From assembly GCA_012727685.1 (NCBI GenBank), contig JAAYGO010000215.1, forward strand, positions 1 to 52,785: 52,785 nucleotides of DNA. Reading direction: 5' to 3'. Source of the stretch: Bacillota bacterium (GTDB lineage: Bacteria; Bacillota; Dethiobacteria; DTU022). The notes under the pieces were generated by a model. The model ran no database searches, was not told the DNA's origin, and was given only the letters and a program-made list of their open reading frames with translations. Positions 1 to 8,576 of this stretch are shown piece after piece. A program made the translations under genes and the position numbers. Each line of letters opens with the position of its first letter. The first letter of the stretch is position 1.

Positions 1-120
1 AACTGGGGCAAGCCCCCTTTCTTTTCAACATTTTTTCCGCCCGGACAGCCGCCGTTTCGGTTTTTGTCAGGCGCTGGCGTGTTACTGACAACCAAAAACG
101 TTAAGTTTTTGGGGTCGAAT

Positions 121-163
121 CACCTCTCACTTCTTACTTCTACTTCTAGCAGGGTGAGCCGCC
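121..163. repeat. Partial copy of a CTCACTTCT-type low-complexity palindromic intergenic repeat (same family as 36121-36399)
   Basis: cacctctcacttcttacttctacttct followed by gtgagccgc (154-162). The reverse complement matches gcggctcac at 36160-36168 and the gaggtgaga/tctcacttct core at 36241-36337. Confidence 0.5.
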
Positions 164-297
164 CTCGCTGCAAGAAAAACCGTCAGGCGGGCATGGCCGC
201 CTACAATGAAATCAGGGCTTGCCACGGGGCCATGCAGGGCATAAAAGCACCACCCCCCGGCATATATTTAACCATTACTGCCGGAAGGGGGATTTTT

Positions 298-1485
298 TTG
301 CCCGCAAAAGTTGTGCCATGGACGAGCCGGCGCCGGCGGCGGCGTCCCCTGGCCTGGAAGAGCTATCTTTACTGCCTGCTCCTGGTTGCCGCCATGGCCC
401 TTGCCCTGCGCCTCGCCCCTGCCGGACAGGGTGGGGCCGAATCGCCGCCCGCTTCCACTGCCGGCCTTTCCGGCTCTCCGCCGGACCATGCCTTGGCCGG
501 AGACGAGCCTGCCGCTGCTGCCCCGTCCGGAGAAAAAGGACAACCCGAAAGCGAAACGCCGGCCGCCGCGCCGCCGCAAGATTCGTCTTTGCTGCGGCTG
601 CTGCAGGCAATGATCGCTGCCAATGTGCCGGGCCTTGAGCCGCCGCCAGTGGCGGAGGGGGAAGTGATTCGCAACGCCGTGCTGGATCTTTTCCACACCC
701 TTACCGGGGTTGATTGGCGCGACCCCCGCTCCATCCTGGCTGCCGGGCTGGGAGCGGACCCCCTGATGGCACTGCCGGAGCCGCATCGTCCGGGGCCTCC
801 CGTCGAAACGGCGGAGCCGGAGCAGCCGCCTCCCGATGACCCGGGGCGCGCAGATCAACCTGTATTCGCACCGGTATTCCCCCTGCCCGGCTACAGCGAG
901 GCGGCGGTGCTGCTTTACCATACCCACATCAGCGAATCCTTCAGCGAGGTGCGTTTTACCGACAACCTCGATCACACGGTAGCCCGGCTGGGCGTGGAAC
1001 TGGTCAGGCTTTTGGAGAAAGAGTACGGCATCCCGGTCTGGCATGACCAGGGAGTCTACGACCAGCCGCGCACCACCGCTTACGAAAAAGCCCGCCCGTT
1101 AATTGGAGGCATCATTGAGAAAAACCCCCAGCTAAAAATGGTGATCGACCTGCACCGTGACGGCGTGGCGCGGAATGTAACCACGGCCGATTTCCAGGGC
1201 AGCCCCATCGCAAAATTTCTGCTGGTGGTCGGCACCGGCCACCCCGACTGGCATGAAAATTACCGGATTGCGCTGCGGCTGCACCGGGAACTGGAAGCGG
1301 TGGCGCCGGGACTGTCGCGCGGCGTGCGCATGCAGGACTTTGTCTACAACCAGGATTTGCACCCCCGCTCGATCCTGGTAGAAGTAGGCGGACATGAGAA
1401 TAGCCTGGAGGAAGCCATGCGCGCAGTGCCCTATCTGGCCGAAGCCCTGGCCCGGACCTTCTACATTTTCTTTGTGCAGGAATAA
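298..1485 (+). CDS. spoIIP: Stage II sporulation protein P (SpoIIP)
   Basis: Motifs LLYHTHISESF, DLHRDG and VEVGGHENSLEEA. N-terminal R-rich segment plus TM helix (YCLLLVAAMALAL), then a Pro/Ala-rich linker. Start uncertain: the ORF opens at 64 and there is an ATG at 193. TTG 298 follows GGAAGGGGGA (284-293) and lies downstream of a sigma-E-like gcATAAA-15-CATATATT (239-268). Confidence 0.85.
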   Translation: MPAKVVPWTSRRRRRRPLAWKSYLYCLLLVAAMALALRLAPAGQGGAESPPASTAGLSGSPPDHALAGDEPAAAAPSGEKGQPESETPAAAPPQDSSLLRLLQAMIAANVPGLEPPPVAEGEVIRNAVLDLFHTLTGVDWRDPRSILAAGLGADPLMALPEPHRPGPPVETAEPEQPPPDDPGRADQPVFAPVFPLPGYSEAAVLLYHTHISESFSEVRFTDNLDHTVARLGVELVRLLEKEYGIPVWHDQGVYDQPRTTAYEKARPLIGGIIEKNPQLKMVIDLHRDGVARNVTTADFQGSPIAKFLLVVGTGHPDWHENYRIALRLHRELEAVAPGLSRGVRMQDFVYNQDLHPRSILVEVGGHENSLEEAMRAVPYLAEALARTFYIFFVQE

Positions 1486-1570
1486 AAGGACCGGATCGGT
1501 GGGACAATACGGTTTTTACCGGGGCGCCGCCGGGAGAATGAAAAAAGTTTGCTTTTCGAACACTGCAAAG

Positions 1571-1596
1571 GCCGGTTTCGTTTAACCGGCTTTTTT
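1571..1596 (+). terminator. Intrinsic terminator after spoIIP
   Basis: gccggtt (1571-1577) / aaccggc (1584-1590) stem followed by TTTTTT (1591-1596). Confidence 0.7.
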
Positions 1597-1657
1597 AGTG
1601 AGGTGCACCCGGTATGGGCTCTAATCTAGTTGACATAATATATTATTTATTGATACG

Positions 1658-1674
1658 ATCGTTTCAGAAACGAT
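1658..1674. promoter_or_regulatory. Perfect 17-bp palindrome ATCGTTTC-A-GAAACGAT; candidate upstream activator site for the sigma-54 activator
   Basis: Exact inverted repeat read directly. Its centre is about 170 bp upstream of the -24/-12 element at 1833-1848, the usual distance for bacterial enhancer-binding proteins. Confidence 0.5.
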
Positions 1675-1832
1675 TTTACTAGTGATTTTCCTCCTAGCAG
1701 TATAGATGAACTGTTCCACTGATACATCCAGTGTTTCAAAAGTGAGAATGTTTTTGGAGCCGCCACCGGGAAAGGGACCGCCATCGCCCCATGATCGGGT
1801 AGAGATAAGACCTTCACAGGCTAAGGGAAAAT

Positions 1833-1848
1833 TGGCACGATCTTTGCT
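1833..1848 (+). promoter_or_regulatory. Sigma-54 (-24/-12) promoter
   Basis: TGGCACGATCTTTGCT matches TGGCAC-N5-TTGC. GG (1834-1835) and GC (1846-1847) are 12 nt apart. It lies about 95 nt upstream of the ATG at 1943, and a sigma-54 activator gene sits at the distal end of the block. Confidence 0.75.
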
Positions 1849-1942
1849 TTATATTCGTATAGGGGGTGGTTTATGGCAAATAAACCCTGCCCAAGTAAAA
1901 TGGCATTATGCTGAATTAAGAAGGAGGTACAAGGAGTAAAAA

Positions 1943-2920
1943 ATGAAGAAGAAGCATGAAAATTTAGTAAAGCAGCTAATTCTTAGAGACGGACCGAAAG
2001 GGCTCTATCCGGAACCTCTCTTCTGGATGGAAGGCAAGGACATGGAGGGATTTAATGCTCATTTTTCCTTCCAGTATGTAAAAAAACCAGGCACTTGCCA
2101 TCCAGTGGAAGGGATGCTTGTACACCCCTATGACGAATGTTTGGTTTTCGCTTCTTTAAATAGAGAGGACATGCTGGATCTCGGTGGAGAAATTTCCATT
2201 GTTCTGGGGGAGGAGCAGGAGAAATACTTGATCAGCGAGCCCTCGGTAGTCTGCATCCCCAAGGGCCTGCCTCATGGGCCGATTAAATACGAGCGCGTGG
2301 ATAAGCCCTTTGTCCATTATACCATTGGGCTAGATCCCGAGTACAAAGCCTCGCCACTAAAAGCAGGGACCCCCACCTCCGGCGGTTCGAAATATAAGCA
2401 TTTAATCAAGAGGCTGGTCACCACATTGCATCCCGGTGCCGACCCGAATGATATTGACGTGGGCAAGGGAAGCGGGATGGGTTATGAGCACGTCGGCGAC
2501 GAAAGAGGGATTTTACATCCGCGGGAACGGGGCATCGGTCCTGGAAACGGCGACAGTGTGGTGTGGCTCTATGGCGCGGACCTGGAGGGATTTGATCTTA
2601 ACTTTACCTGGGGCCATTACAGCGCCTGCGGGAAATGGCATCGCGCCGGTGAAATGCACCAGCACCCCGAGGAGGAGATCCTGATCTTTGTCGGCATGGA
2701 TCCCGACAGGCCGGACTATTTGGGAGCAGAAGTGGAACACGGGATGGGCTATGAATGCGAGCGGCATATCCTCAACACCCCGGGGCTCTACATTTGTCCC
2801 AAGGGATTCCCGCATCTGCCCATGATCACCCGCTGGGCCGATGACCCCTTCTGCTTCTTTGTCGTATGCCTCAGCGGTCACCATGCATCCCCGTGGGTGG
2901 AAGTTGAATTCGACGATTAA
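1943..2920 (+). CDS. Uncharacterised bicupin protein, paralog A
   Basis: AAGGAG RBS 7 nt before the ATG. The two halves of the protein align with each other. The C-terminal half has cupin motifs HQHPEEEILIFVG and PKGFPH; the N-terminal half has VHPYDECLVFAS and PKGLPH. I recognise no named family. Confidence 0.85.
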   Translation: MKKKHENLVKQLILRDGPKGLYPEPLFWMEGKDMEGFNAHFSFQYVKKPGTCHPVEGMLVHPYDECLVFASLNREDMLDLGGEISIVLGEEQEKYLISEPSVVCIPKGLPHGPIKYERVDKPFVHYTIGLDPEYKASPLKAGTPTSGGSKYKHLIKRLVTTLHPGADPNDIDVGKGSGMGYEHVGDERGILHPRERGIGPGNGDSVVWLYGADLEGFDLNFTWGHYSACGKWHRAGEMHQHPEEEILIFVGMDPDRPDYLGAEVEHGMGYECERHILNTPGLYICPKGFPHLPMITRWADDPFCFFVVCLSGHHASPWVEVEFDD

Positions 2921-2960
2921 GTGAAGGAGACATGAAATAAAGGCTGAAGGAGGTTTTACG

Positions 2961-3938
2961 ATGCGCCCGAGATTGCATAAACACCTGGTCAAGCCGTTAA
3001 TAGTGCGTAACGGCCCCGAGGGCCTTTATCCCGAGCCCCTTTTCTGGATGGAAGGCAAAGATATGGAAGGCTTTAACGCCTGCTTTTCATACGGTTTCGT
3101 CAAGAAGCCGGGAGTCTGCCACCCCATGGAAGGGGCGGTGGTGCATCCTTACGATGAATGCCTTGTTTTTGCCTCGACTGATCTGGTAAATTTCCGCAAT
3201 TTGGGTGGGGAAATTTCCATTGAACTCGGCGAAGAGAGAGAAGAGTACGTCTTTAATGAACCAACAGTTGTCTGTATTCCCAAAGGTTTGGTGCACGGCC
3301 CGATTAAATACCGGCGCGTGGATAGACCCTTTGTGCATTACACGATTAGTCTGGCCCCGCAGTACCAGGCTACCGTAATTCCCCCCGGTGAGTTGGCCCC
3401 TGTTTCAAAGGGGACAAAGTATCAACATCTGGTCAAACCATTGATCGATGCGGAGAGAATGAAGAAAAATTTCCAGCGCGGCAGAATCGGCACCAACTTG
3501 GACTATGAAACGGACACTGATGAATATGGCGTGGTGCGAGCGGTGCAAAAGATGGGACCCGGCAATGCCGACAGTTTAGTCTGGCTGTTCGGTGATGATT
3601 TAGAGGGTTTTGAGTTGAATTTTACCTGGGGTCACTACAGCCAGTGCGGCAAGTGGCACCGCAGAGGGGAGGTGCATAGCCACCCGGAGGAAGAGATACT
3701 CATTTTTGTCGGTTTAGATCCTGACAATCTGGAGTATTTGGGAGCAGAAGTTGAACAGGGAATGGGCTATGAGGGGGAAAGGCATATTGTAAATGTTCCT
3801 TCTGCCTATATCTGCCCCAAGGGATTCCCGCATTTGCCCATGATCACCAGGTGGGTGGATAAGCCTTATGGGTTTATCGTCTGCTGCCTGGACGAAGGTC
3901 ACGATTCTCCCTGGGTAGAAGTCAATCTGGATGAATAA
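2961..3938 (+). CDS. Uncharacterised bicupin protein, paralog B
   Basis: Same length (325 aa) as paralog A and colinear with it (LYPEPLFWMEGKDMEGFNA, HPYDECLVFAS, NFTWGHYS.CGKWHR, HPEEEILIFVG, CPKGFPHLPMITRW). Confidence 0.85.
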   Translation: MRPRLHKHLVKPLIVRNGPEGLYPEPLFWMEGKDMEGFNACFSYGFVKKPGVCHPMEGAVVHPYDECLVFASTDLVNFRNLGGEISIELGEEREEYVFNEPTVVCIPKGLVHGPIKYRRVDRPFVHYTISLAPQYQATVIPPGELAPVSKGTKYQHLVKPLIDAERMKKNFQRGRIGTNLDYETDTDEYGVVRAVQKMGPGNADSLVWLFGDDLEGFELNFTWGHYSQCGKWHRRGEVHSHPEEEILIFVGLDPDNLEYLGAEVEQGMGYEGERHIVNVPSAYICPKGFPHLPMITRWVDKPYGFIVCCLDEGHDSPWVEVNLDE

Positions 3939-3995
3939 TGTTTTGGAAGTGCCGTAAGTAAACAAATCAGGTTGAATAAGGAGGAGAATTAATTA

Positions 3996-5567
3996 ATGAA
4001 GCGATTTAAGCTAGTTCTTGCGGTTATGCTCTGTGTCCTATCGTGCTTTTTCTTCCTGGCCGGATGCGGCAGTGATCAGGGCAATGGCAAGGATAGTGGT
4101 GAAGATACCGAAGCTGGCGGCGTCAAATACAGGGAGGAATTAGATGTCATTATTGACAACACGAAAATCGCGATCCTCGATCCTCATAGCCCCGCGGCAG
4201 GCACCAGTTCCGCGACCTGGGCTTTTCAGATGATTTATGACACACTTGTCGCTGATCTGGGTGACGGTCAATTCGGTCCCGATTTGGCTACACGCTGGGA
4301 AACCGAGGATTGGCAGCATTTTACCTTCCATCTCCGTGATGATGTCTATTTCCACAACGGTGAAAAATTGACCGCTGCTGACGTTGTCTACACGGTCGAA
4401 AGGGCCAAGGAAAATCCCGGTTCAGCCGGCCATGATAAGCTATCTATCGTAGAAAGTGTGCAGGCAGTAGACGAGCATACGGTCGAGATGACCCTTCAAT
4501 CCGTCAACGTCGAATTCCTTTACTATATCTCTGATTCGCGCGCCAGCATACTCAATCAGAAAGCTATCGAAGCCGATCCCGAAAAGGGAACCTGGATCGG
4601 GACCGGTGCCTGGACCGTTTCCGATTTTGCTTCCAATGAATATGTAGTATTGGAGGCCAACGAGAATTACTGGGGTGAAATACCGAAGACCAAGAAGATG
4701 ACCCTGAAGTATGTGGCCGAGGAAAGCACCAGGCTCATGCAATTGGAAAACGGTGAAGCGCAGGTTTGTTTCTCCATTAACGCCAATGACTATGACTATG
4801 TGGAAAGTCAAACCGATAAATTTGTTACCTTTCCCTTTACGTCTAACAACAACTCCTATATTGCCTTCAACATGAACGATCCCATTTGCGGCGATCTTAA
4901 CTTTAGAAAGGCGGTCGCTTCCGCCATCGATCGGGAAGAGATGGTGGCCTCTGCTTTTAACGGCTATGGAGAAGTCAATACACTCGGCACCTTCTGGGGT
5001 TTCAGAACGGAATTCAAGAACGAGAACATCCCCATCATTCCCAAAGACCTGGAAAAGGCAAAAGAATATTTGGCACAGTCAAACTATAATGGCGAGACAG
5101 TGGAGATTGTTTCGGCCATACCTGACTTGATTAAAACTGCCCAGATTGTCCAGGCGCAACTCGCAGAGATTGGCATTAATACTACGATTAAGGAGACCGA
5201 CCCTCCCGGAATATCGGCATATGCCACCTATGCGGATAACAAGGCACAGATGATCGTCTATGTGGGTGGAATTAGTTTAAACGCGGGATCAACAAAAGCC
5301 TATTTCTACCCCTACGGCTCCTATAACAGGGCAAGCTACAAAAACGATGAGGTCATCGCCCTGTATGACCTTGCCGTGAGCCAGGCAGACCCTGCGGAGC
5401 GCGAAGCAACCTATCATAAGATTCAAGAAATTGTTGCCGAAGATTTGCCGTATATCAACCTTATGAACACCACTTTTCTGGTTTGCTGCGCCAAAGGAGT
5501 CGAAGGCTTGAAGCTATCGAACCTCGCGTACCATGATTTGACCTATATGTATATGATCGAAGAGTAG
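3996..5567 (+). CDS. ABC transporter substrate-binding lipoprotein, family 5 (peptide/nickel/opine type)
   Basis: Lipoprotein signal ending LAGCGS. Length and overall sequence are typical of DppA/OppA/NikA-type binding proteins. GGAGGAG RBS. Confidence 0.85.
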   Translation: MKRFKLVLAVMLCVLSCFFFLAGCGSDQGNGKDSGEDTEAGGVKYREELDVIIDNTKIAILDPHSPAAGTSSATWAFQMIYDTLVADLGDGQFGPDLATRWETEDWQHFTFHLRDDVYFHNGEKLTAADVVYTVERAKENPGSAGHDKLSIVESVQAVDEHTVEMTLQSVNVEFLYYISDSRASILNQKAIEADPEKGTWIGTGAWTVSDFASNEYVVLEANENYWGEIPKTKKMTLKYVAEESTRLMQLENGEAQVCFSINANDYDYVESQTDKFVTFPFTSNNNSYIAFNMNDPICGDLNFRKAVASAIDREEMVASAFNGYGEVNTLGTFWGFRTEFKNENIPIIPKDLEKAKEYLAQSNYNGETVEIVSAIPDLIKTAQIVQAQLAEIGINTTIKETDPPGISAYATYADNKAQMIVYVGGISLNAGSTKAYFYPYGSYNRASYKNDEVIALYDLAVSQADPAEREATYHKIQEIVAEDLPYINLMNTTFLVCCAKGVEGLKLSNLAYHDLTYMYMIEE

Positions 5568-5614
5568 CTGCGCCTAAGAACTCGTCGGGAAATTGTACTA
5601 AAATCTCAGCCTAG

Positions 5615-5654
5615 GGTGGCGGCAGAAGTACCGGAAGGTCTCGCTGCCGCCACC
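5615..5654 (+). promoter_or_regulatory. Intercistronic stem-loop after the binding-protein gene
   Basis: Perfect 11-bp stem ggtggcggcag (5615-5625) / ctgccgccacc (5644-5654) with no U-tract. The position is typical of mRNA-stabilising or attenuating hairpins that raise binding-protein expression relative to the permeases. Confidence 0.5.
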
Positions 5655-5676
5655 GGTTAAAAATGAGGTGTAATTC

Positions 5677-6633
5677 ATGCTGCGGTATGTCATCCGGCGT
5701 CTTCTCTGGTTAATCCCTGTCCTGCTCTGCGTGTCATTGTTAATCTATGTCCTGATGGATCTTGCTCCAGGAACCGTCATTGACTCGATGATTACGGAAC
5801 AGATGACGCCAGAAGATATCGAGAAGCTAAGGCAGGAGTATGACCTGGATAAACCGGTTATTTATCGTTACGTAAAATACATGTGGGGGTTCTTCCATGG
5901 GGATCTGGGCAAATCCCAGGTGACCGGCTTAAGCGTTTGGGATTCCTTTATAAGCAGGTTTCCGGCTACCCTGAAGTTATCCCTGGTATCCGTTGTATTC
6001 GGCGCTGTACTGGCGATACCGATCGGGATCTTTGCCGCTCAGCGGGCGGGAACGATCTGGGATAACCTTACCACGGGCTTTACATTAATCGGGACTTCCA
6101 TGCCCAGCTTCTGGTTGGGGCTCCTGCTGTTGATTCTATTTGCTTATAAAATTCAGTTGTTTCCAGCCGGCGGCTACCAAGGTCCTTCGAGCTATGTCCT
6201 CCCGGCGATCACCAGTGGCTTGATGATGACGGCGATCACAGCGAGGCAGACGCGTTCCAGCATGCTCGAGGTCTTGCGGGCAGATTACCTGCGCACGGCG
6301 CGTGCTAAAGGTGTCCCGGAGAGATTGGTTATCAGGAGACACGCTCTGAAAAACGCGTGGATTCCCATTCTAACTACCATTGGCATGGGTTTAAGCCGTT
6401 TCCTGGCCGGATCAGCAGTGATCGAAACGGTATTCTCCTGGCCCGGCATTGGCCGTTTGACTGTCGAAGCGGTTTCGCAACGCGATGTAACCCTCGCTTG
6501 CGGCTGCGTGATCATGACCTCTATCCTCTACGTGATTATCCTATTGATTGTGGACCTGCTCTATGCCTTTGTTGATCCGCGTATCAGAGGAAAATATGCG
6601 TCCGGCAGTCGGAAAAGGAAGGTGACGGCATGA
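5677..6633 (+). CDS. ABC transporter permease (DppB/OppB-like)
   Basis: Multi-TM protein with the conserved loop RTARAKGVPERLVIRRHALKNA. Confidence 0.9.
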   Translation: MLRYVIRRLLWLIPVLLCVSLLIYVLMDLAPGTVIDSMITEQMTPEDIEKLRQEYDLDKPVIYRYVKYMWGFFHGDLGKSQVTGLSVWDSFISRFPATLKLSLVSVVFGAVLAIPIGIFAAQRAGTIWDNLTTGFTLIGTSMPSFWLGLLLLILFAYKIQLFPAGGYQGPSSYVLPAITSGLMMTAITARQTRSSMLEVLRADYLRTARAKGVPERLVIRRHALKNAWIPILTTIGMGLSRFLAGSAVIETVFSWPGIGRLTVEAVSQRDVTLACGCVIMTSILYVIILLIVDLLYAFVDPRIRGKYASGSRKRKVTA

Positions 6634-7517
6634 GTACAGCAACAGATATGCTTGTTTCCAGGAAATATGCTAAAAGAAGTGGCTTGGCTGAAATTTGGTA
6701 CAGGCTGAAGACCAACAAGGGTGCTATCGCCGGTTTTACGATTATCGTTATCATTCTGTTGATCACCCTCTATTCTATCTTGTTCATTGATTTTGAAGAG
6801 GTTACCGCCATGAACGCGGCAAACCGCCTGCAGCCGCCCAGCCTGGAACATCCTTTCGGTACAGATGACATGGGTCGAGATCTGTTCCTAAGAACATTGT
6901 ACGGCTCGCGCTACTCCCTGCTCATCGGTGTCGGCGGGGTTTCCATTTCCCTGATCATCGGATTGATCCTCGGTTCCGTAGCCGGATATTTTGGCGGCCT
7001 AGTTGATGATCTGATCATGCGCTTTTCGGATATTTTGGCTTCCGTACCAGTATTTTTAATGGGCATGGTTATTGTTACAGTTTTGGGACAAAGCCTCCAG
7101 AACCTGATCATTGCTGTTGGCGTTACCGCCATCCCTGAATTTACCAGAATCACCAGGTCTTCTGTTCTCGTCGTTCGAAACCAGGAATTTGTCGAGGCAG
7201 CCAACGCCATTGGGATGTCAAACCTGGCGATCATCTTTACCCAGGTTGTTCCTAACGGTCTCTCTCCGATCATTGTTACCGTGACCTCGCGGATCGGCGC
7301 CGCCATCATTGAGGCGGCCGCTCTTAGTTTCCTTGGATTCGGCATTCCGGTGCCCCACCCTGAATGGGGTCTTCTCGTTTCCGAAGGGCGGAACTACATT
7401 CGCACGGCACCGAATCTTACCTACTTCCCGGGCCTCTTTATCATGATCACGGTCTTTGCGTTCAATATACTAGGTGACGGTCTGCGTGATGCGCTCGATC
7501 CGAAGCTCAAGAAATAG
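6630..7517 (+). CDS. ABC transporter permease (DppC/OppC-like)
   Basis: 4-nt overlap with the upstream permease gene. Conserved FVEAANAIGMSNLAIIFTQVVPN loop. Multi-TM protein. Confidence 0.9.
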   Translation: MSTATDMLVSRKYAKRSGLAEIWYRLKTNKGAIAGFTIIVIILLITLYSILFIDFEEVTAMNAANRLQPPSLEHPFGTDDMGRDLFLRTLYGSRYSLLIGVGGVSISLIIGLILGSVAGYFGGLVDDLIMRFSDILASVPVFLMGMVIVTVLGQSLQNLIIAVGVTAIPEFTRITRSSVLVVRNQEFVEAANAIGMSNLAIIFTQVVPNGLSPIIVTVTSRIGAAIIEAAALSFLGFGIPVPHPEWGLLVSEGRNYIRTAPNLTYFPGLFIMITVFAFNILGDGLRDALDPKLKK

Positions 7518-7526
7518 GAGGTGAGC

Positions 7527-8576
7527 ATGATGGGCAGTGAAATCAACGATCGAACAGTGCAGGACAACAAAGAGTTGGTGCTTGAGGTAGAAGACCTGAT
7601 TGTGCATTATGTCCTCCAGGAGGAGACAGTGGAAGCGGTAAACGGTGTCAGTTTTTCTCTAGAAAGAGGAAAAACGATCGGGTTGGTGGGTGAAACCGGT
7701 GCGGGAAAAACGACGACCGCTTTGGCGATCATGAATTTAGTTCCCGATCCCCCTGGTGTAATCAAGAACGGGACGATCACCGTGTGCGGGCACAAGATGC
7801 TCGACCTTTCAGCAAATCAGCTTGAGAAAATACGCGGTAAAGATGTTTCCATGATCTTTCAGGACCCCATGACATCACTGAACCCGGTGCTCACCGTCGG
7901 CGATCAGATTGCCGAAAGCGTCATGCTCCATGAAAACCTTTCTTATTCCAAGGCCTTTAAGCGTGCACAGGAAATGTTAGAGATGGTAGGCATACCTGGC
8001 ACCCGCGCCACGGAGTATCCCCATCAGTTCTCCGGCGGCATGAAGCAGCGTGTAGGGATTGCCATTGCCCTGGCTTGCAACCCCAAGCTTTTACTAGCGG
8101 ACGAGCCGACCACGGCGCTGGACGTGACCATACAGGCGCAGGTTCTGGATATGATTGATGATCTCAAAAGAGAGTTAGGCACCGCCCTGGTCATGATCAC
8201 GCACGACCTTGGCATTGTAGCCAAAACCTGCGACCTGGTGGCAGTCATGTATGCAGGACGGATCGTCGAATATGGTACCCTGGAAGATGTTTTTGACCGG
8301 ACGATGCATCCCTATACCGAGGGGCTTTTCAACTCCCTTCCTGATATCAGTAACAGGAAATCCCAATTGCAGCCCATCCCCGGCCTGATGCCTGACCCGA
8401 CAAACTTGCCCCGGGGTTGCGCTTTTGCGCCCCGCTGCCGCTACGCCACCGCTGCTTGCAGGGAAGAACAGCCAAGCAGGCGCGAGGTGAGCGAGACTCA
8501 CACGGTTTACTGCAGCGCTTATGATGACCCGAATTTCCAGATCGAGAGAACGAGGGGGAGAGGCGGAAATGGCTAA
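7527..8576 (+). CDS. ABC transporter ATP-binding protein (DppD/OppD-like)
   Basis: Walker A GETGAGKTT, signature FSGGMKQR, Walker B LLLADEPT, C-terminal oligopeptide-type extension (CAFAPRC). ATG 7527 (or 7530) sits behind AGGAGG 7516-7521; the track ORF opens at GTG 7521. Confidence 0.9.
   Translation: MMGSEINDRTVQDNKELVLEVEDLIVHYVLQEETVEAVNGVSFSLERGKTIGLVGETGAGKTTTALAIMNLVPDPPGVIKNGTITVCGHKMLDLSANQLEKIRGKDVSMIFQDPMTSLNPVLTVGDQIAESVMLHENLSYSKAFKRAQEMLEMVGIPGTRATEYPHQFSGGMKQRVGIAIALACNPKLLLADEPTTALDVTIQAQVLDMIDDLKRELGTALVMITHDLGIVAKTCDLVAVMYAGRIVEYGTLEDVFDRTMHPYTEGLFNSLPDISNRKSQLQPIPGLMPDPTNLPRGCAFAPRCRYATAACREEQPSRREVSETHTVYCSAYDDPNFQIERTRGRGGNG

Noticed and set aside
5-26. ggggcaagcccc hairpin plus T-rich tail at the window edge, considered as the terminator of the upstream gene
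   Set aside because: The stem is only 4 bp, and the window edge may truncate a larger structure. This is too weak to call.
1706-1939. 77-aa plus-strand ORF upstream of the first bicupin gene
   Set aside because: It contains the sigma-54 -24/-12 element and the RBS of the next gene. It has no RBS of its own and no recognisable sequence, so it is more likely untranslated leader.
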